Of a DNA stretch of 64,000 bases, positions 14,960 through 29,341 are shown piece after piece. Numbering within the stretch: the stretch's first letter is position 1; the number at the start of each line of letters is the position of its first letter. The notes below the pieces were generated by a model. That model saw nothing but the letters and a program-made list of their open reading frames with translations. It made no database searches and was not told the DNA's origin. This DNA is from Eledone cirrhosa (lineage: Eukaryota): assembly GCA_964016885.1 (NCBI GenBank), contig OZ024742.1, positions 229,028,001-229,092,000 on the forward strand. The letters are read 5' to 3'. The position numbers and the translations under genes are program-made.

Positions 14960-15175
14960 TGGTTTCTGATAAAGTACAAGGCCAGCAATTTGGGGGGAGG
15001 GGAAAGTCGATTAAATCGACCCCAGTGCGTGACTGATACTTTATTTTATCGACCCCGTAAGGATGTAAGACAAAGTTAACTTCAGCGGGATTTGAACTCA
15101 GATCATAAAGGGCCGTAACTCTGTGCTGCAATGCATGGTGTCCGATCCTTTAGTTATACTGTCAATCCACCACCC
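14960..15175 (-). mobile_element. tRNA-derived SINE (Nin/Deu-like core)
   Basis: Matches family consensus. Confidence 0.8.
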
Positions 15176-16388
15176 TTGGTTTTCTCATAAATAATAAGAG
15201 GAGAAACTGGGCAACCTCTAAATATTACTCGATTGAACAATAATTTGGCAGACTTCGTTATTTCTTCAATTTAAATACGGGTATAATCAACATGAGATGA
15301 TTGGTGAATAGTTTGCAAAATGCAACACACCCTAATCTACACCCTTTGTTGGACATATTATCATAGTTACTAGATGGGCATCTTGGTATCTTTATCATAC
15401 TCTCGGGTAGATGCAAGCCTTGTGAGCGATATTGGAGAAAACGCAGGAATTGTAATTGTAAATTCAAAGGCTCAACATTTTCTCATATTACTGTCATGCT
15501 GATTCAGCTGGTGAATTATATTAAGGGTACATATGTCTGTGGATTAATCAACTATTTACATGCCACCCCATGATTTGGACGTCCAGTGGATTAAACAATT
15601 GAATGCGCACGCATCGTCGGAAACGACAGAGGATCCATTACAATTTCATGTTTAAAAATCTAATGTTATCATAGCCACTCTAGTCGTCCTCATATATTCA
15701 CAAGACTGGTTTAAATAAAACGTTCTTACGAATAGAGCTTTCTGAATCGTAAGGGCTACTTCGGTCATAGTTGACCATGGGTTTGCTCCTGGAAAGTTCC
15801 TCTCCAAAGCACAACCCTGGGTAATGGGTTTTGAAGAAGACCAGCAGTCAGGACTTTCCAGTATGATGCTGGGTGTTACAAGACTGTTCGTTAGTGTTTC
15901 AGTGTGACACAATGTGTGACAATGAATTACAACTAGAAATCATTTTTGCCGAATAGACAAGAGCAGCGTGGAATGAATTATTTTGCTCAAAGATTTAAAG
16001 AGCCGCCAGTAATTGGACCCACGAATTCAAGACTCCACGACGAAACAGCTCATTCATAATAGAAATATATAATACCAATATCAATGTTGATACCATTTAA
16101 GACAGCTAATTTAATCAGTCCGAGAAGGCTAGAAACAACTGTCTTTGCCTTTATTCATGTTACTTAATCACCCTGGAACCAGGAGATCATTAGCATAGTT
16201 TCCTGTGTTCATTAACCTAATTCTCCAGTCGGCGTAGGTTTTCAAGTTTTCTCTTTGCATGAATATTGCTTAAAGTTAACTCGAAATATGTCAACGGGCA
16301 TAAAGTAGAATTCCACACAGATCCACAAATACATGCAGGTACATACACATACACACGCATGCATAATACATACATACATACATACACA

Positions 16389-16667
16389 GGAATTTAGCTG
16401 CCCAGCACATGCAAATATAATAGCGAAAAGGAGAATATCTAAGTAGAACTAATGAGAAATCTGTAGATACTCTCCATTGACTATACCTTCACATTTATGT
16501 CTCTGATTACAGGGGCACTGGGATATGTTAGTAACTGCCTCAATACAAATCTTGAGAAGCTAGGTTTCACAGAAACAGGAAGAAAACGACTAGTTAGGAA
16601 ATTACAAGTACAACCCATTAATGGAACAGTGAAAATATGTAAAACATTCCAGAAATTCTGCATCTAA
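16389..16667 (+). pseudogene. C-terminal restriction-like endonuclease fragment of an R4/Dong/NeSL-type non-LTR retrotransposon
   Basis: Translates EFSCP..AN..EKENI*.EL.RNL..L...YTF.FMSLITGALG...L..LGF...LVRKLQ...I.GTVKICKTF. Typical RLE tail, embedded in (CATA)n-like repeats. Confidence 0.65.
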
Positions 16668-16994
16668 TAACTGCATAAACACTTGTACTGATAAAAGCAT
16701 ATACACATGCACACATACAACTCAAAACATCCACATCCACACATACAAAAACATCTATACCTGCGCACACATGCATGCACGCCGCATGCAGACATGCATA
16801 CATATCTACCTAGTTGATGTGTAAATTCAAATGATAGAGTCTTGTAATGATGTTAGAAACCTACTCTCCCTCTATTGGCAAACATTTGTGAAATTATAAA
16901 ACCAGAAGAACATACTTACATATATGATGGCTGTCCCCTCGTTATCGAGTATGGCCATTGCACGAAAAAAATAATAACGACAATAATAATAATA

Positions 16995-17145
16995 ATTGTT
17001 TCTACTTTTGGCACAAGGCCAGCATATGCCCAGTGTATTACTGGTACTTTATTTTATCGACCCCGTAAGGATGAAAGGCAAAGTTAACCTCGGCGGGATT
17101 TGAACTCAGAATGGCAAGGGCCGTAACTCTATACGTCAAAGCATG

Positions 17146-17146
<1 letters not shown>
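16995..17146 (-). mobile_element. tRNA-derived SINE
   Basis: Matches family consensus. Confidence 0.8.
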
Positions 17147-17529
<383 letters not shown>

Positions 17530-17609
17530 CTATATATATATATATATATGTGTGTGTCTATATATATATATATCTATATATATATATATATATATGTATA
17601 TGTATATAC

Positions 17610-17710
<101 letters not shown>

Positions 17711-19640
17711 GTAATTAGAAACAACATTTTCCTAAATGTGTGGGGGAATACGGAGGAAGTAATCAAATGGTTCTCCACCATTAGTAACCATGGTGCCCTC
17801 AGGTTTGTCCAGTTCGATATAGATTCTTACTACACATCTATATCTCCTATCCTTATGAATAAGGCCCTCATCATGGCCATGCAGAATAGTGATCTAACCA
17901 GATCCCAAGTTGATATAGTTTTAACCGCACGTAAAACCTTAATCTTATTTTAGGAACAATTGTGGACTAGGAAAAACACTAACAACAACTTTGATATCAC
18001 AATGGGATCTGCAGACTCTGCCCAGGTAACTGATTTGTTCGGACTTTACCTAATCCATGAGCTTCATAAGACACTTCCTTACCTTTTCGGTGGGTTATAC
18101 CGCGACGATGCCCTCCTTACCCTTGAGCATAAAAAATTAGTATTTAATGGTACACAGAAGGACCTACGCAAATTCTTTAAAAGTTATAACCTTAATATTA
18201 CTATTGATAAGAATAATAAAACTAAATTTCTTGGATGCAACACTAGATCTGGTAAATAAGACTTACACACCATATCATAAACCTAATGAGAGACTAACTT
18301 ATGTACATACTGGATTTAACCACCCTAAATCAGTACTGAATGTTATTGTTAAGGGAGTATCTAATAGGATCAGCCGTTTATCATGCGGTGAAGATATTTT
18401 CAATTCTAATGCGGATAACGAAGCATTAGCTAAGTCTAGATATAAGAATAAACTATTTTACGTATCTGCTAGCTTCCAATCTAACGTAGCTGGGCATAAT
18501 AATGTTATTACACACAGTATGTCTTTAAATTATAATTATAATGATAACAGTAATAGAACTCTAGATAGGACCCATGTAGTGATTAGCTCAGCCCAGCTTA
18601 GACTGAACGGCCCTAATATGCATCCTCCAAATACTTCTAATGGAACTAATCCATTACACTAATGGAAGTGCGGCGAAATTTGGAAAACACACTCATAGTA
18701 GAGTATTAGATAGGCATATTGACCAATATAATGCGAGAATTTCACGACCAGTATATGGTGAACTTGGTTCCGTATGCCTAGGGGAGAGTAATAACTCTGG
18801 TGGTAACCGGACTCTAGTGGGGAAAAATAGAAAAAGTAGAAGAAGAATGAACACCTTTTTCAACCCACCATACAACTCTGAGGTCTTAACTAATATTCCC
18901 CAAACATTCTTCTTAATCCTAGAAAAGAACTTGCCGCCGGCCAACAGATACCATAGTATATTCAATAAAAACACAATTAAATTATCGTACTCCACTACAC
19001 CTAACCTAGCTTACCACCTGGCACGTACTAATAATCAGAAAATTAGTGTAGGTTTTGAAGATATTAAATCTGTGAATAACTAACAGCAACCTAACACATT
19101 GGCTAATGCGGCACCGCCGATTGCTGACATCACATCTGATGAACACATTACAGGTCAAACGGGTTTGAACAATAGTCCATCCCAAGGTATGAATAACGAC
19201 ACATATCGTAATTGTAATTGTAGAAGGAGTAGAAATTGCCCTTTAAAAGGCAATTGTCTCACGAGGAATATTGTTTATGCATGTGATGTTGTAATAACAA
19301 CCTCCACTAAGACATATGTGGGTTCTACTTCTACAGCTTTTAAAACTAGATTTAACTCCGACAATTATACTTTTAGATATGATAGGCTTAAAAATGCTAC
19401 CTCCCTAGCTAAATATATTCACTCTTTAAAATATGATGGTATAGATTATACACTCAATTGGAGGTTGGTAACTAAATCTCCACCCTACCGCCCCCGAACA
19501 AAACTTGTAACCTCTGCCAGCTTGAGTCTCATACCATAGTTTACTCTAACTGTGAATTACTGAATAGGAAATCGGAGATTTTCTCATCTTGTATTCACAT
19601 GAAACTTAATTCATTTTACCACTATAAACCTATTACATAG
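17711..19640 (+). pseudogene. PLE reverse transcriptase / Zn-finger / GIY-YIG endonuclease, disrupted
   Basis: RT motifs [35 protein letters not shown] and NFLDATLDL...Y.PY.KP....YVH..NHP; linker FNPPYN...IFNKNTIKLSYS; CNCRRSRNCPLKGNC; IVY...YVGST...FK.R; TCNLC..E...LLNRKSEIFSSCIH. Several stops and frameshifts. Confidence 0.92.
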
Positions 19641-21505
19641 TTCTGCTGATGTATCACTCCCCCTTGTGCAGTACCGCTGCTTGACCCTATTGAATTCATA
19701 GGGTATATATTGGTGTAGTCTACTGTGGTGTGGGATTGAATGTTTGGGGTGGTGTAATGCAGTGTGCCTCTGGTGTATTGTAGTGTGGTGTGGTGGGAGG
19801 TGGGGTAGTGCGGTGTTTGGTGGGGTAGGTTTATGGGGTGGGATTGGGTGAGGTTACTGAACTTATAATTTTTCTCTTTATATTCTTTTCTCTTTATTTT
19901 GGTCATAGTCTGATTTAATTACCTATTAGGTGAATAATCAGAGTTATCCCCCTTTCGTTTACAACATGTGTACACGTCATTTCTTTGACAACTAAAACGT
20001 CACCAAAGGATGTGCACAGAGTTTAGTGGCGCTAATTAAAATAAAATGTTCTGAGCCAGTATTAATTTATTTTAATCTTAGTGGTATGTAGACTGTATTT
20101 GTATTTTTATCTTTATTTTTGTATCTATTCCATTTAATCTCTGATTATATACTTGAATTTGACCATATTTAGCAAACATGCTAAGGTATTTAGCGTATTT
20201 AACAACTTGTGCACGAATGTTGATTTCCTTTTGTTTTGTTTAGACTTGTTCGCTATGCTGATCGCAGTTGCTGTGGCCAGAAATTCTATTCACATGTTCG
20301 TGACAGGATGGTGTGTGCAGACTTGGCTTGAAATAATTCTTGAACAATTTTTAATGTTGACCTCTGATTTGTTACATGGAGTGGTTGTTTATTGTAGTAA
20401 TCCAGCATGCATTTTCTTGGGTTATAATGTAATTGTTACGCTTAATATACTACTACGTATATTTAACCCGTGAGGATATGTAAAATATGTAAACAATTAG
20501 TCCTGCTTGTATTGTTTATTATGCATGAATAATAACTGCCAATTACTTTATAACAACTTTTATAACAACTAATATAATGAGACTGCGTCAACTCTTTCGC
20601 ACACTAGCCTAAATCTGCTTGTGCATAGCTGCTTTTTATGCCTTGAATCTATTTACTTGTTTCACTCAGCAAAACCATATAATAACTATATTTACTTGTG
20701 AGGCATGTGCCTTTGTGATACCTTTCTATATACTTGTGAACACCAATTGGCTACCTAGTCTGTGTACCTTCTGATATACTTTGTGTATATATATTATGGT
20801 AGTCATTCGAATTACTGTGGTCTTTTGGGTTGTACCAAAAAGATCTCTTCACGCCTGTATATAGACTACTGAGATCCTACTCCTTCGTGTTGCTAGGAAC
20901 TGTGCTTTCTCTAAGTGCTCATAACATATAACTTTTTCTCAATTTATTAAATATTTCTAATCTTTTTTAATTTAGTTTTATCATATTATTATATTATTTT
21001 ATTATCATTTATTATTATTTTAATATACTTTTATATTACTTTATTGTATTTAATTTATTTTTAGTATTTTTTATTTAATTATTTTACTTTATTTTATTTT
21101 ATTTTATTTTATTTTACTTTATTTCATTTCATTTTATTATCTTTATTATTATTTTTATCTTTATTTTTATATTTTTTATTACTTTAATATAATTTATATT
21201 ATGTTTTAACATTTGCCTGTATTTCTTTATGTATGTTTTATATATTTTTTAATGTATTTTTTATGTATTTTATGTATTTATTATGTACTTTTTAATGCTT
21301 TCACACTTTTTCATTTTACTTTCTGCATTTTTGAATGCCATCTACTGTGTCTTTATCTTGTTGAATCCAATTGTGTTTTGGTATTTTGCAGTTATGCTTA
21401 GTAACGCCAATATGAACCTCTTTCTTAGCGATCTCCAATTCCCCTATTATTTTTTCTGATTGTTTGTGTGACTAATTTTTGTGGAGCTTATACTCTACAC
21501 TGTAT

Positions 21506-21563
21506 TTATTAAGCTCTGATGATTCCTGCCAAAAGGTTAGGATGAAGCATTGTTAGTGAATAA
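21506..21563 (+). ncRNA. type I HHR at PLE 3' end (A15.1->G decayed)
   Basis: ttattaagct-CTGATGA-t-tcct...agga-t-GAAG-cattg-TT-agtgaataa. Confidence 0.7.
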
Positions 21564-21618
21564 AGACTGTTTCAGTATGTAAGCGTTCTTTGGTTTCTGT
21601 TGCATATATATATATATA

Positions 21619-22260
21619 TTGTTATACTTTGGGAGGGTCATGTTACCAATAAGAAACACACGCACCAGTTGCCTTCACCCCAATTTATTATAAATTAAAA
21701 AATATTTTTAAAAAATTAAAAAAATCTTTTTTTAATAAAAAAAAAAAATTTACAAATTTCCATTTGGTTGGTTCGTTCCACAACCGCACGGTTGTTCATA
21801 TATTGTCAAAGTTCTTTCGTCACACATTCTGTGACCTCTTCAGTGACTGGGGATTCTTTTCTTTGTTTTGTGCCTCTCCTTTGTTCTGTCCTACGCCATC
21901 TTATTTTTGTTTTGTTTTGACAAAAACAAGATGGCGTAGGACAGAACAAAGGAGAGGCACAAAACAAAGAAAAGAATCCCCAGTCACTGAAGAGGTCACA
22001 TAATGTGTGACGAAAGAACTTTGACAATATATGAACAACGGTCCGGTTGTGGAACCAACCAACCGGAATTTTATACATTTTTTTTTTCATAACATTTTTT
22101 TTTTAAATTTTTTAAAAGATTTTTTAATTGATAATAAATTGGAGTGAAAGCAACTGGTGCGTGTGTTTCTTATTACCAACATGGCCCTCCAAAAGTATAA
22201 CAATAACGGTTTCAACACACGTTTTCAGATAAAGAATCTTGCTAAACAAATTCAGAAACG
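21619..22260. mobile_element. family H1-related long palindromic insertion carrying two HHRs
   Basis: ~290-bp arms centred ~21915. HHRs at 21805-21847 (-) and 21983-22025 (+). Confidence 0.85.
21983..22025 (+). ncRNA. minimal type I hammerhead ribozyme
   Basis: gtca-CTGAAGA-g-gtcaca-taatg-tgtgac-GAAA-gaac-TT-tgac; mirrored at 21805-21847 (-). Confidence 0.75.
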
Positions 22261-22495
22261 AAATATATATATATATATACAGTATTTACGTATCGAGAAA
22301 GAGAAAAAAAGGGGAGGATAGGTGATACATATAGTTATTTGCCAAGTAGCGTATGCCAAAGGTGCTCGATACTAGTGCCGGCAGTATTAAATATTCGATG
22401 TGTTAATATTTAGTGGGATAAAGAGTTAGCAGAGCGTAAGCACGTGGGAAAGTAAAAAATCGGAGTATAGACCGTTAAAACATGTTTTATATACC

Positions 22496-22531
<36 letters not shown>

Positions 22532-22639
22532 GGTATATGTTCCTACATGTAATTAATACAGATAGCGACATAAGTATAGTCTGGCCGTATATCAGTGTGG
22601 TTCAATGGCAAGTTAATAAATTAAAAAGCCAGAACATAT

Positions 22640-22874
22640 AAAATCAGGGAGTGTCAACACAGAAAATATCATACAAAATATATAAAAATTATAGATTCCA
22701 AAAAATTCACTGTACTTACTATATGTGCCCTTACAGCGGTTTCAGATCCCAAACAAATAGATTTGTTTGGGATCTGAAACCGCGGTAAGGGCACATATAG
22801 TAAGTACAGTCAATTTTTTGGAATCTATATTTTTAATATATTTTCTAGGATATTTTCTGTGTTTACACTCCCTG

Positions 22875-22880
<6 letters not shown>
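22640..22880. mobile_element. palindromic insertion with HHR 3' half
   Basis: Arms centred ~22760; gatct-GAAA-ccgcgg-TA-agggc (palindromic stem III ACCGCGGT). Confidence 0.7.
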
Positions 22881-22937
<57 letters not shown>

Positions 22938-23012
22938 GTCTGATGGTAGCTAAGATGCTTACATAGGCGGTATGCCGGTTGAGCACTCTATGCTCTTACA
23001 GAGCAGAGTATG

Positions 23013-23313
23013 ATAGAATAGAAACGAAAAATCAGTGATGCATCTGAACTCAATTTATTGTGTTACAATTGTTTCGCCAGTGGACAGCTCAAGACGCGAT
23101 CATTGTGTGAATCTGTCTGATTCTGGACCCGCAGGTTCGACAGACACGTCTAATGAGAGAATATGCTCCGAAATCATTAGACCTGTCCGTCGAACCTGCG
23201 GGTCCAGAATCAGACAGATCCACACATTGATCGAGTTTCGAGTTGTCCGCTGGCGAAACAATTGTAACACACAATAAATTGAGTTCAGATGCATCACTGA
23301 TTTTTCGTTTTCT

Positions 23314-23320
<7 letters not shown>
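23013..23320. mobile_element. palindromic insertion with HHR 3' half and AATAAA
   Basis: Arms centred ~23165; ggc-GAAA-caattg-TA-acac-acAATAAA at 23252-23278. Confidence 0.7.
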
Positions 23321-23357
<37 letters not shown>

Positions 23358-23432
23358 TATCTCCACACACACACACATATACATATCTCCACACACACAC
23401 ACACACACACATATACATATCTCCACACACAC

Positions 23433-23557
<125 letters not shown>

Positions 23558-23580
23558 CTCTCTCTCTCTCGCAATAACAA

Positions 23581-23990
23581 TTAACGGTGCTGCAATAGAA
23601 TGTGGGTTTTTAGCCCAGCCAATGATCTAAAATGTCTTGGACAGAGTTGGCAATCTAAATATTCACTGGTAATAGCCGGCTGTGGTTGGAGTTCATGTAC
23701 TTTTGCATGTTGTTTGAGCCCTCCTACTGATTTACATTCTCTACCACATGTTTGGCAGGCATGATGAGTAGCATCCAACAGCAACCTGGTAGTCAACCAC
23801 AGGTTATGACTGCGAAGATGACTTTCGAGTGCAGCTTTGCTTAGGCAGAGTCTCGCACAGACGCTGCATGTCAGCACCATAGGAGGACCCTCGCCGTCTG
23901 GAAATGCAACAGCAATGCCCTTTCTCACATCCCTTTTTACTTTCTCGTATGCGATTCGAGATGCCTCAAAGGCAACTTTCCCCTCCTATA
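23581..23990 (-). pseudogene. RTE-type LINE ORF C-terminus with three C2H2 zinc fingers
   Basis: CSVCARLCLSKAALESHLRSH, CQTCGRECKSVGGLKQHAKVH, CQLCPRHFRSLAGLKTH. Similar finger and shared tail/UTR motifs at 32010-32620. Confidence 0.65.
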
Positions 23991-24040
23991 CAGTCTTTCT
24001 ACATTTACTTACATACATACATACATACTTACATACATAC

Positions 24041-24071
<31 letters not shown>

Positions 24072-24674
24072 CATACATACATACATACATACATACATAC
24101 ATACATACATGATGGATGCCCCCTCGTTATCGAGTATGGCCATTGCACGATATACCATTATTAATTAATTCTATCGTGCAATGCCTGTGCGTGAAGATAT
24201 TTTTTAAAGTGAGGAAAGACTGTGCACTGAGCGAATCCCACTCTCTGAGCGACAGTAGTTATAACCCCAAAATAAGAAAAGATCAACATCATCGGTTACT
24301 ACTGAGCTGCAGGTTTTATATCGGAGTTATCCCAGTTTCCTGAGTTGCCTTCTCTTAGAAGAATGCCCTGACAAAGGCTAGGGGTCCTTCACTCCCAGTG
24401 GTTTAACTGCGCGATCGGGTGTACAGCCCGACTATTTCTAACATACATACATACATACATACATACATACATACATACATACATACATACATGTATATGT
24501 ATATAGCTCATGAGTTGAAAATTATAATAAATTTGAACTAGTCAAGCAGTTCAGTGTTTAAAGAGATATGTGAAGAAAATGTAGACCCACAGATATATAA
24601 AACGGTCACTAGGGAACCTTCCTCCATTCTATACCCTCCATAGGGATCTCTAGCAATCCAGATATATATTTTAT

Positions 24675-25259
24675 ACAGTAGGCTTATAAAGTCCGTATGT
24701 AAACGTAAATGTTAATAAATTCAGATGTCTATATGATAGAAATGCAGTTTAATTTTAATATAAAAGGGCGGTGGATTGGCAGTATCGGTAGAGGGTCGGA
24801 CACGATGCTTTGCAACACACAGTTACGGCCCTTTATGATCTGAGTACAAATCTCGCCGCGGTTAACTTTGCCTTTCATCTTTACGGGGTCGATAAAATAA
24901 AGGAGCAGTAATACACTGGGATAATTGCTGGTCTTGTGCCAAAAGTAGAATCAATTTTAATATAAAACGTTATTTATACGACATTCATCCAATGCAGCCC
25001 AATTTTCTAGCAATCTATCTGATACGTGACACATCGTGCTAGTTGGTTTTATAACTCGTCGAATAACTCGTTGAAAACATTTCCCAGCGGCTAATTCTTT
25101 ATAATAAAATATAATTAATTCGTAAGATTTTAAATATCACCATGTCTCGCAACTATATAAAGACAGCTTTTTATGAAGTTTACGTTGAATTTTTATCATT
25201 TGTACAACTAAAGTTATTAACATTTAAATTTGCACATGGACTTTATAAAATCTCAGTAT
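24675..25259. mobile_element. decayed Tc1/mariner-like MITE containing a SINE (24766-24955, +)
   Basis: Imperfect TIR 'ttataaagtcc...aaatgttaataa' at both ends, bounded by TA. Confidence 0.55.
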
Positions 25260-25347
25260 AAATCTATATTATAATTCTGCTTGTTCGAGCGTTACGCTTT
25301 AGTTAGAGAGATAGGAGAAGGTAGTGTAAGTGAGAGAGAGGGGGAGG

Positions 25348-25417
<70 letters not shown>

Positions 25418-25956
25418 GAAGAAGAGTGAGTGAGATGCATTCGATAAAATTGAGAGAAGGAAAAAGAGATGTAAAAGTAACCACCGTACAGCAAAAAATT
25501 GGGAATGGGAGGGTAAACGAGTGAAGACGGGCAAATGTCTTCTGTATGAGGACATTTTTATTTTTTTATTATTTTCACTCTTTAACCCTTCCCTTTCTTC
25601 ATAATCGTATATTTTTTGTGGAGCGATAGACTCCTAGTCTTCATTAAGACATCTCTCTAGGAGAAGGTTACTCTGATATAAAACCTGCGACTTCGTTTGC
25701 ATGCAATGAGGTAGACCACTTCTTTTGGGGCAAATGCATTGGGATTGGTTCTGTGCAAAGCCTTTCCTCACTTAAAAATGCTTCAAGCACAGGTATCGGT
25801 TGATATGTGACATTTTTACGATGCATGGTAATGCTGGCTATGGGAAAGTCCCTAGCAGGACTAAAAAGCCAGGTCTGTGATGCTCATGCTTAAGTATCAA
25901 ACTATGGCATTCCGCGAAATTGAATTGCGGCCATCATATATATATATGAATGTGTG

Positions 25957-26073
<117 letters not shown>

Positions 26074-26479
26074 CGTGTGTGCGCCCCCGCGTGCACATAT
26101 GTGTTTGTGTCTGTGTGTGTGTCTGCGTTCTTTAACCCCTTCTTCCTCTCTTCTCAATTAAATACTGCAGGCGACACATATTTTATTACAGTCAAATTTG
26201 TTAGAAACACCGATAGTCTATAATTTAAACCATTGGAAAAATGACACACACACACACACACACACACAGACACATATATATATATATAATCTATATCATA
26301 ATTCTGCTTTTTGTGAATATTTATTATGTGTTTAGATTAATATTTTTTACATGCATACGGTGTTTCCAGGCATCTTAAACCTGGTTGACGCCATCTCTTC
26401 TCCAGGTCTGAATACAGCAGATGTCTTCCAGAGAAGGATGGAGGATGAGAGAAATAAAGTGAGAAATATAAATATAGTA

Positions 26480-26685
26480 AGAATCGACACCAATACTTGA
26501 CTGGTACTTTTTATCGGCCTCAAATTAATGAAAGGCAACATTGACCTGGGCAGGGTTTGAACTCAGAGAGCAGTGTGTCGCAACGAATATTATCAGATAT
26601 CGCATTATCAGATATGCTAATAACGAATATTATCAGATATCGTATTCTATCAGATATGCTAATAACTCTGCCAGTTCGTCGCCTA
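26480..26685 (-). mobile_element. old SINE with internal tandem duplication (26582-26665)
   Basis: SINE core plus two ~40-bp 'aacgaatattatcagatatcg..tatcagatatgctaat' units. Confidence 0.6.
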
Positions 26686-26762
26686 ATTTTAAATAATACT
26701 GAGTGAATATCCATTATATGTTCTGCAGTGTTTAGAATAATATTTCCTTCCATATATATATT

Positions 26763-29275
26763 ATGTCTTTATAACAGTAATACAGATAGATAGACTTATA
26801 ACTATAAAAAAAATAAAACAATAGATCCACAAGAAAGACGGCTGCAAGCTGCTCGAGAAAGGGTGTGCAGTTATAGAGCTCGAATGAGACAGAAACAGCG
26901 AGAAGTAATAGAAAGAGAAAAAAGACGACACCAACAGAGACATGTCGAATTGAATGATGAACAGAGGAATATTGGTTTAGAGCAAGCTAGACTAAGTCAA
27001 CAGGAGAGAAGAAATAATATCCAATTAGAAGAACGTCAAGAATATTTAAAGTAAACTAAACTAAGGCAGCAGGAGAGAAGAGAGAATATGCTTCAAGATG
27101 AACGTCAATAATATTTAGAGAAACAAAGTATCAGATAACAAAAAAAGAAGAGATAATATGCAATAAGATGAGTGTGAAGAATATTTGGAGCATGATAGAC
27201 TAAGACAAGAAAAAAGGAGAGATCCTATTCATAAGAATGAACGAGCATATTTTCTCGGGTAGCAGAGAAAGGCACTTAGACGTAGAATAGAAAACATGAA
27301 TGCTGAACAACTGCATAATTTCAGATATAGTAGAATGTATAATGAGCGTCTAAGGAGAAATGGCCCAGCAATTAATATTAACGGTGACGTAGAAGTTAGT
27401 ATTGGTTATATGAATGTGTTGTGCAATCATTGTGGAGCGTTGAAAGTTAGAAATGAAAGTTACAACTGCTGTAATAAAGGAAACGTTGTGCTGCCTCCAT
27501 TCTAAATACCCACTGAGAGACTGAAAACTATCTTTGGAGGAGAAGGCCGAGAAACAGTTGCATTTCGCAGGAACATCTGCAATTACAACTGTGCATTTTC
27601 TTTCGTTTCGTTTGGTGTTAAACTTACATTGCTACCTGACAGAGGCATGTATTGCTTTCGCACTCAGTGCCAAATATATCACACCTCTGTACCCTGCAGA
27701 AAATACACCATAATATGGCCAGTTATATATTATTGACACAAATGAAGCAGTGCAACACAGATTGGAAGCACCGCCAAATATTGCATGCTCACCGCAAACA
27801 ATGATAAATGAGGTGTTGAATGAATGTAATCCATATATTTTGAAGTGTATAATAAAATGCATGCCCCCAAATAAGAAGAACAGCAAAGAGCACAAAGAGA
27901 AAATAGTCTCGTACAGAACTGTGAATTAAGATTTAGAAGATGATCAGATTTATCAACTATCAATGAAATATCTGCTGTTTTTGAGGGGGATAGATTGTGC
28001 ACCACCTGTACACAAAGATATTGTCATCTACCCTAAATACAATCCTCCTGAGATAACACCATATACTTAATGCCACTTGGCTCCTATGACCTATCCTTTA
28101 TTGTTTCCAATTTGGGTGGCATAGTGACATGTAACATGCAGAGGAATGCAGAACCCGCGCCCACAATAAACTGATAATGCAGGAGTATTACAGAGGAGGA
28201 TTTAGTGTGATACATAAGGCACGAAAAATATTTCAGCAGTATTTAGTGGATATCCATGAGAAAGCAGTGGGATGCAGGCTTCAAGCTTTGAGGGAAAATC
28301 AACCTCAATTACTAGTAGTTAAGAATAATGGTTTAATGGATTATCTAATCAGAGACGCAGAAGATAACATACATGTGCCAGTAACGTTGCCATCGTCCTT
28401 CACTGGCATTCCAAGAAACACGAATCAGTACTTTCAGGATGCTATGACAAATGTTGCAAAATATGGCAAGCCAGATCGTTTTATATCTTATACATAAAAC
28501 CCTAAATGCTCTGATATTCAAAATAGTCTAAATCAAAATGAGGCAGTGGAAATAGACCAGATTTAGTTGCCCAATATTTAAAGCTCAGCTTTCTGAAATT
28601 ATGAAAGAAAGTAAAAAATGACAAATTCTTGGCATGTCAGTGGCTCATGTTCACATCATTGAGTTTCAAAGAAGATGGCTTCTTCACTGCCATATGTTGG
28701 TCATTTTAAGGGACACTTCGAAACAGAGAAGACATTGACAGAATCGTGTTAGCAGAAATACCTACACTGGAAGACGAAAAGTTTATGATCCATGGGTCAT
28801 TTGGTTCTGAAAATCCTTTTCCATACATGCGAAATGTATATTAAAGTGCTTGGACCGGTTAGCGTCTACACTGCTGCCGAGAGGTAGAACTATGCACAAT
28901 TTATTTAAATGATATCTTCCACTAACAGAGACCAGTGTATATAATGTATCTGGCTCATCTGGCCATGCTAATTACTTACTGAACCTGGATCTCATAATAC
29001 TGAACGAGGCGTCTATGATTCCTTCCTATGCAATTCATGTCATTTACCTTCAAGTCGTCACTGGTGCCATTGAAATGTTTGGAAGAAAGGTTTCGCTTCT
29101 GGGAGGTGGCGTGAGGCAAGTGCTGGCAATATTAACAAGGGGTACCCATGAAGCCACATTAGAAATATTCCTTAAAAGCTCACATCTGTGGCACTTCTTT
29201 CAACGTATCAGAATGAGAGAAGATCTGAGAGGAGAGAGTGAGAGAGAGAGAGGGGGGGAGAGAGGGGGAGAGAGA

Positions 29276-29341
<66 letters not shown>

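Larger units (their letters stand above)
17711..21604 (+). mobile_element. Penelope-like retroelement (Naiad-like), 5'-truncated, in (TA)n
   Basis: RT and GIY-YIG remnants, ~2-kb 3' UTR, HHR at 21506-21563 overlapping AATAAA, (TA)n on both sides. Confidence 0.9.

Noticed and set aside
23581-23928. Host C2H2 zinc-finger gene
   Set aside because: Linkers are not TGEKP-type, the upstream sequence looks like a LINE ORF end, and a similar finger sits inside the RTE-like element at 32.5 kb.
26370-26458. Candidate exon (ag|...|gt, open frame ILNLVDAISSPG...)
   Set aside because: No recognisable protein. It shares 'tcttctccaggtctg' with ~45207-45221, suggesting a decayed repeat.
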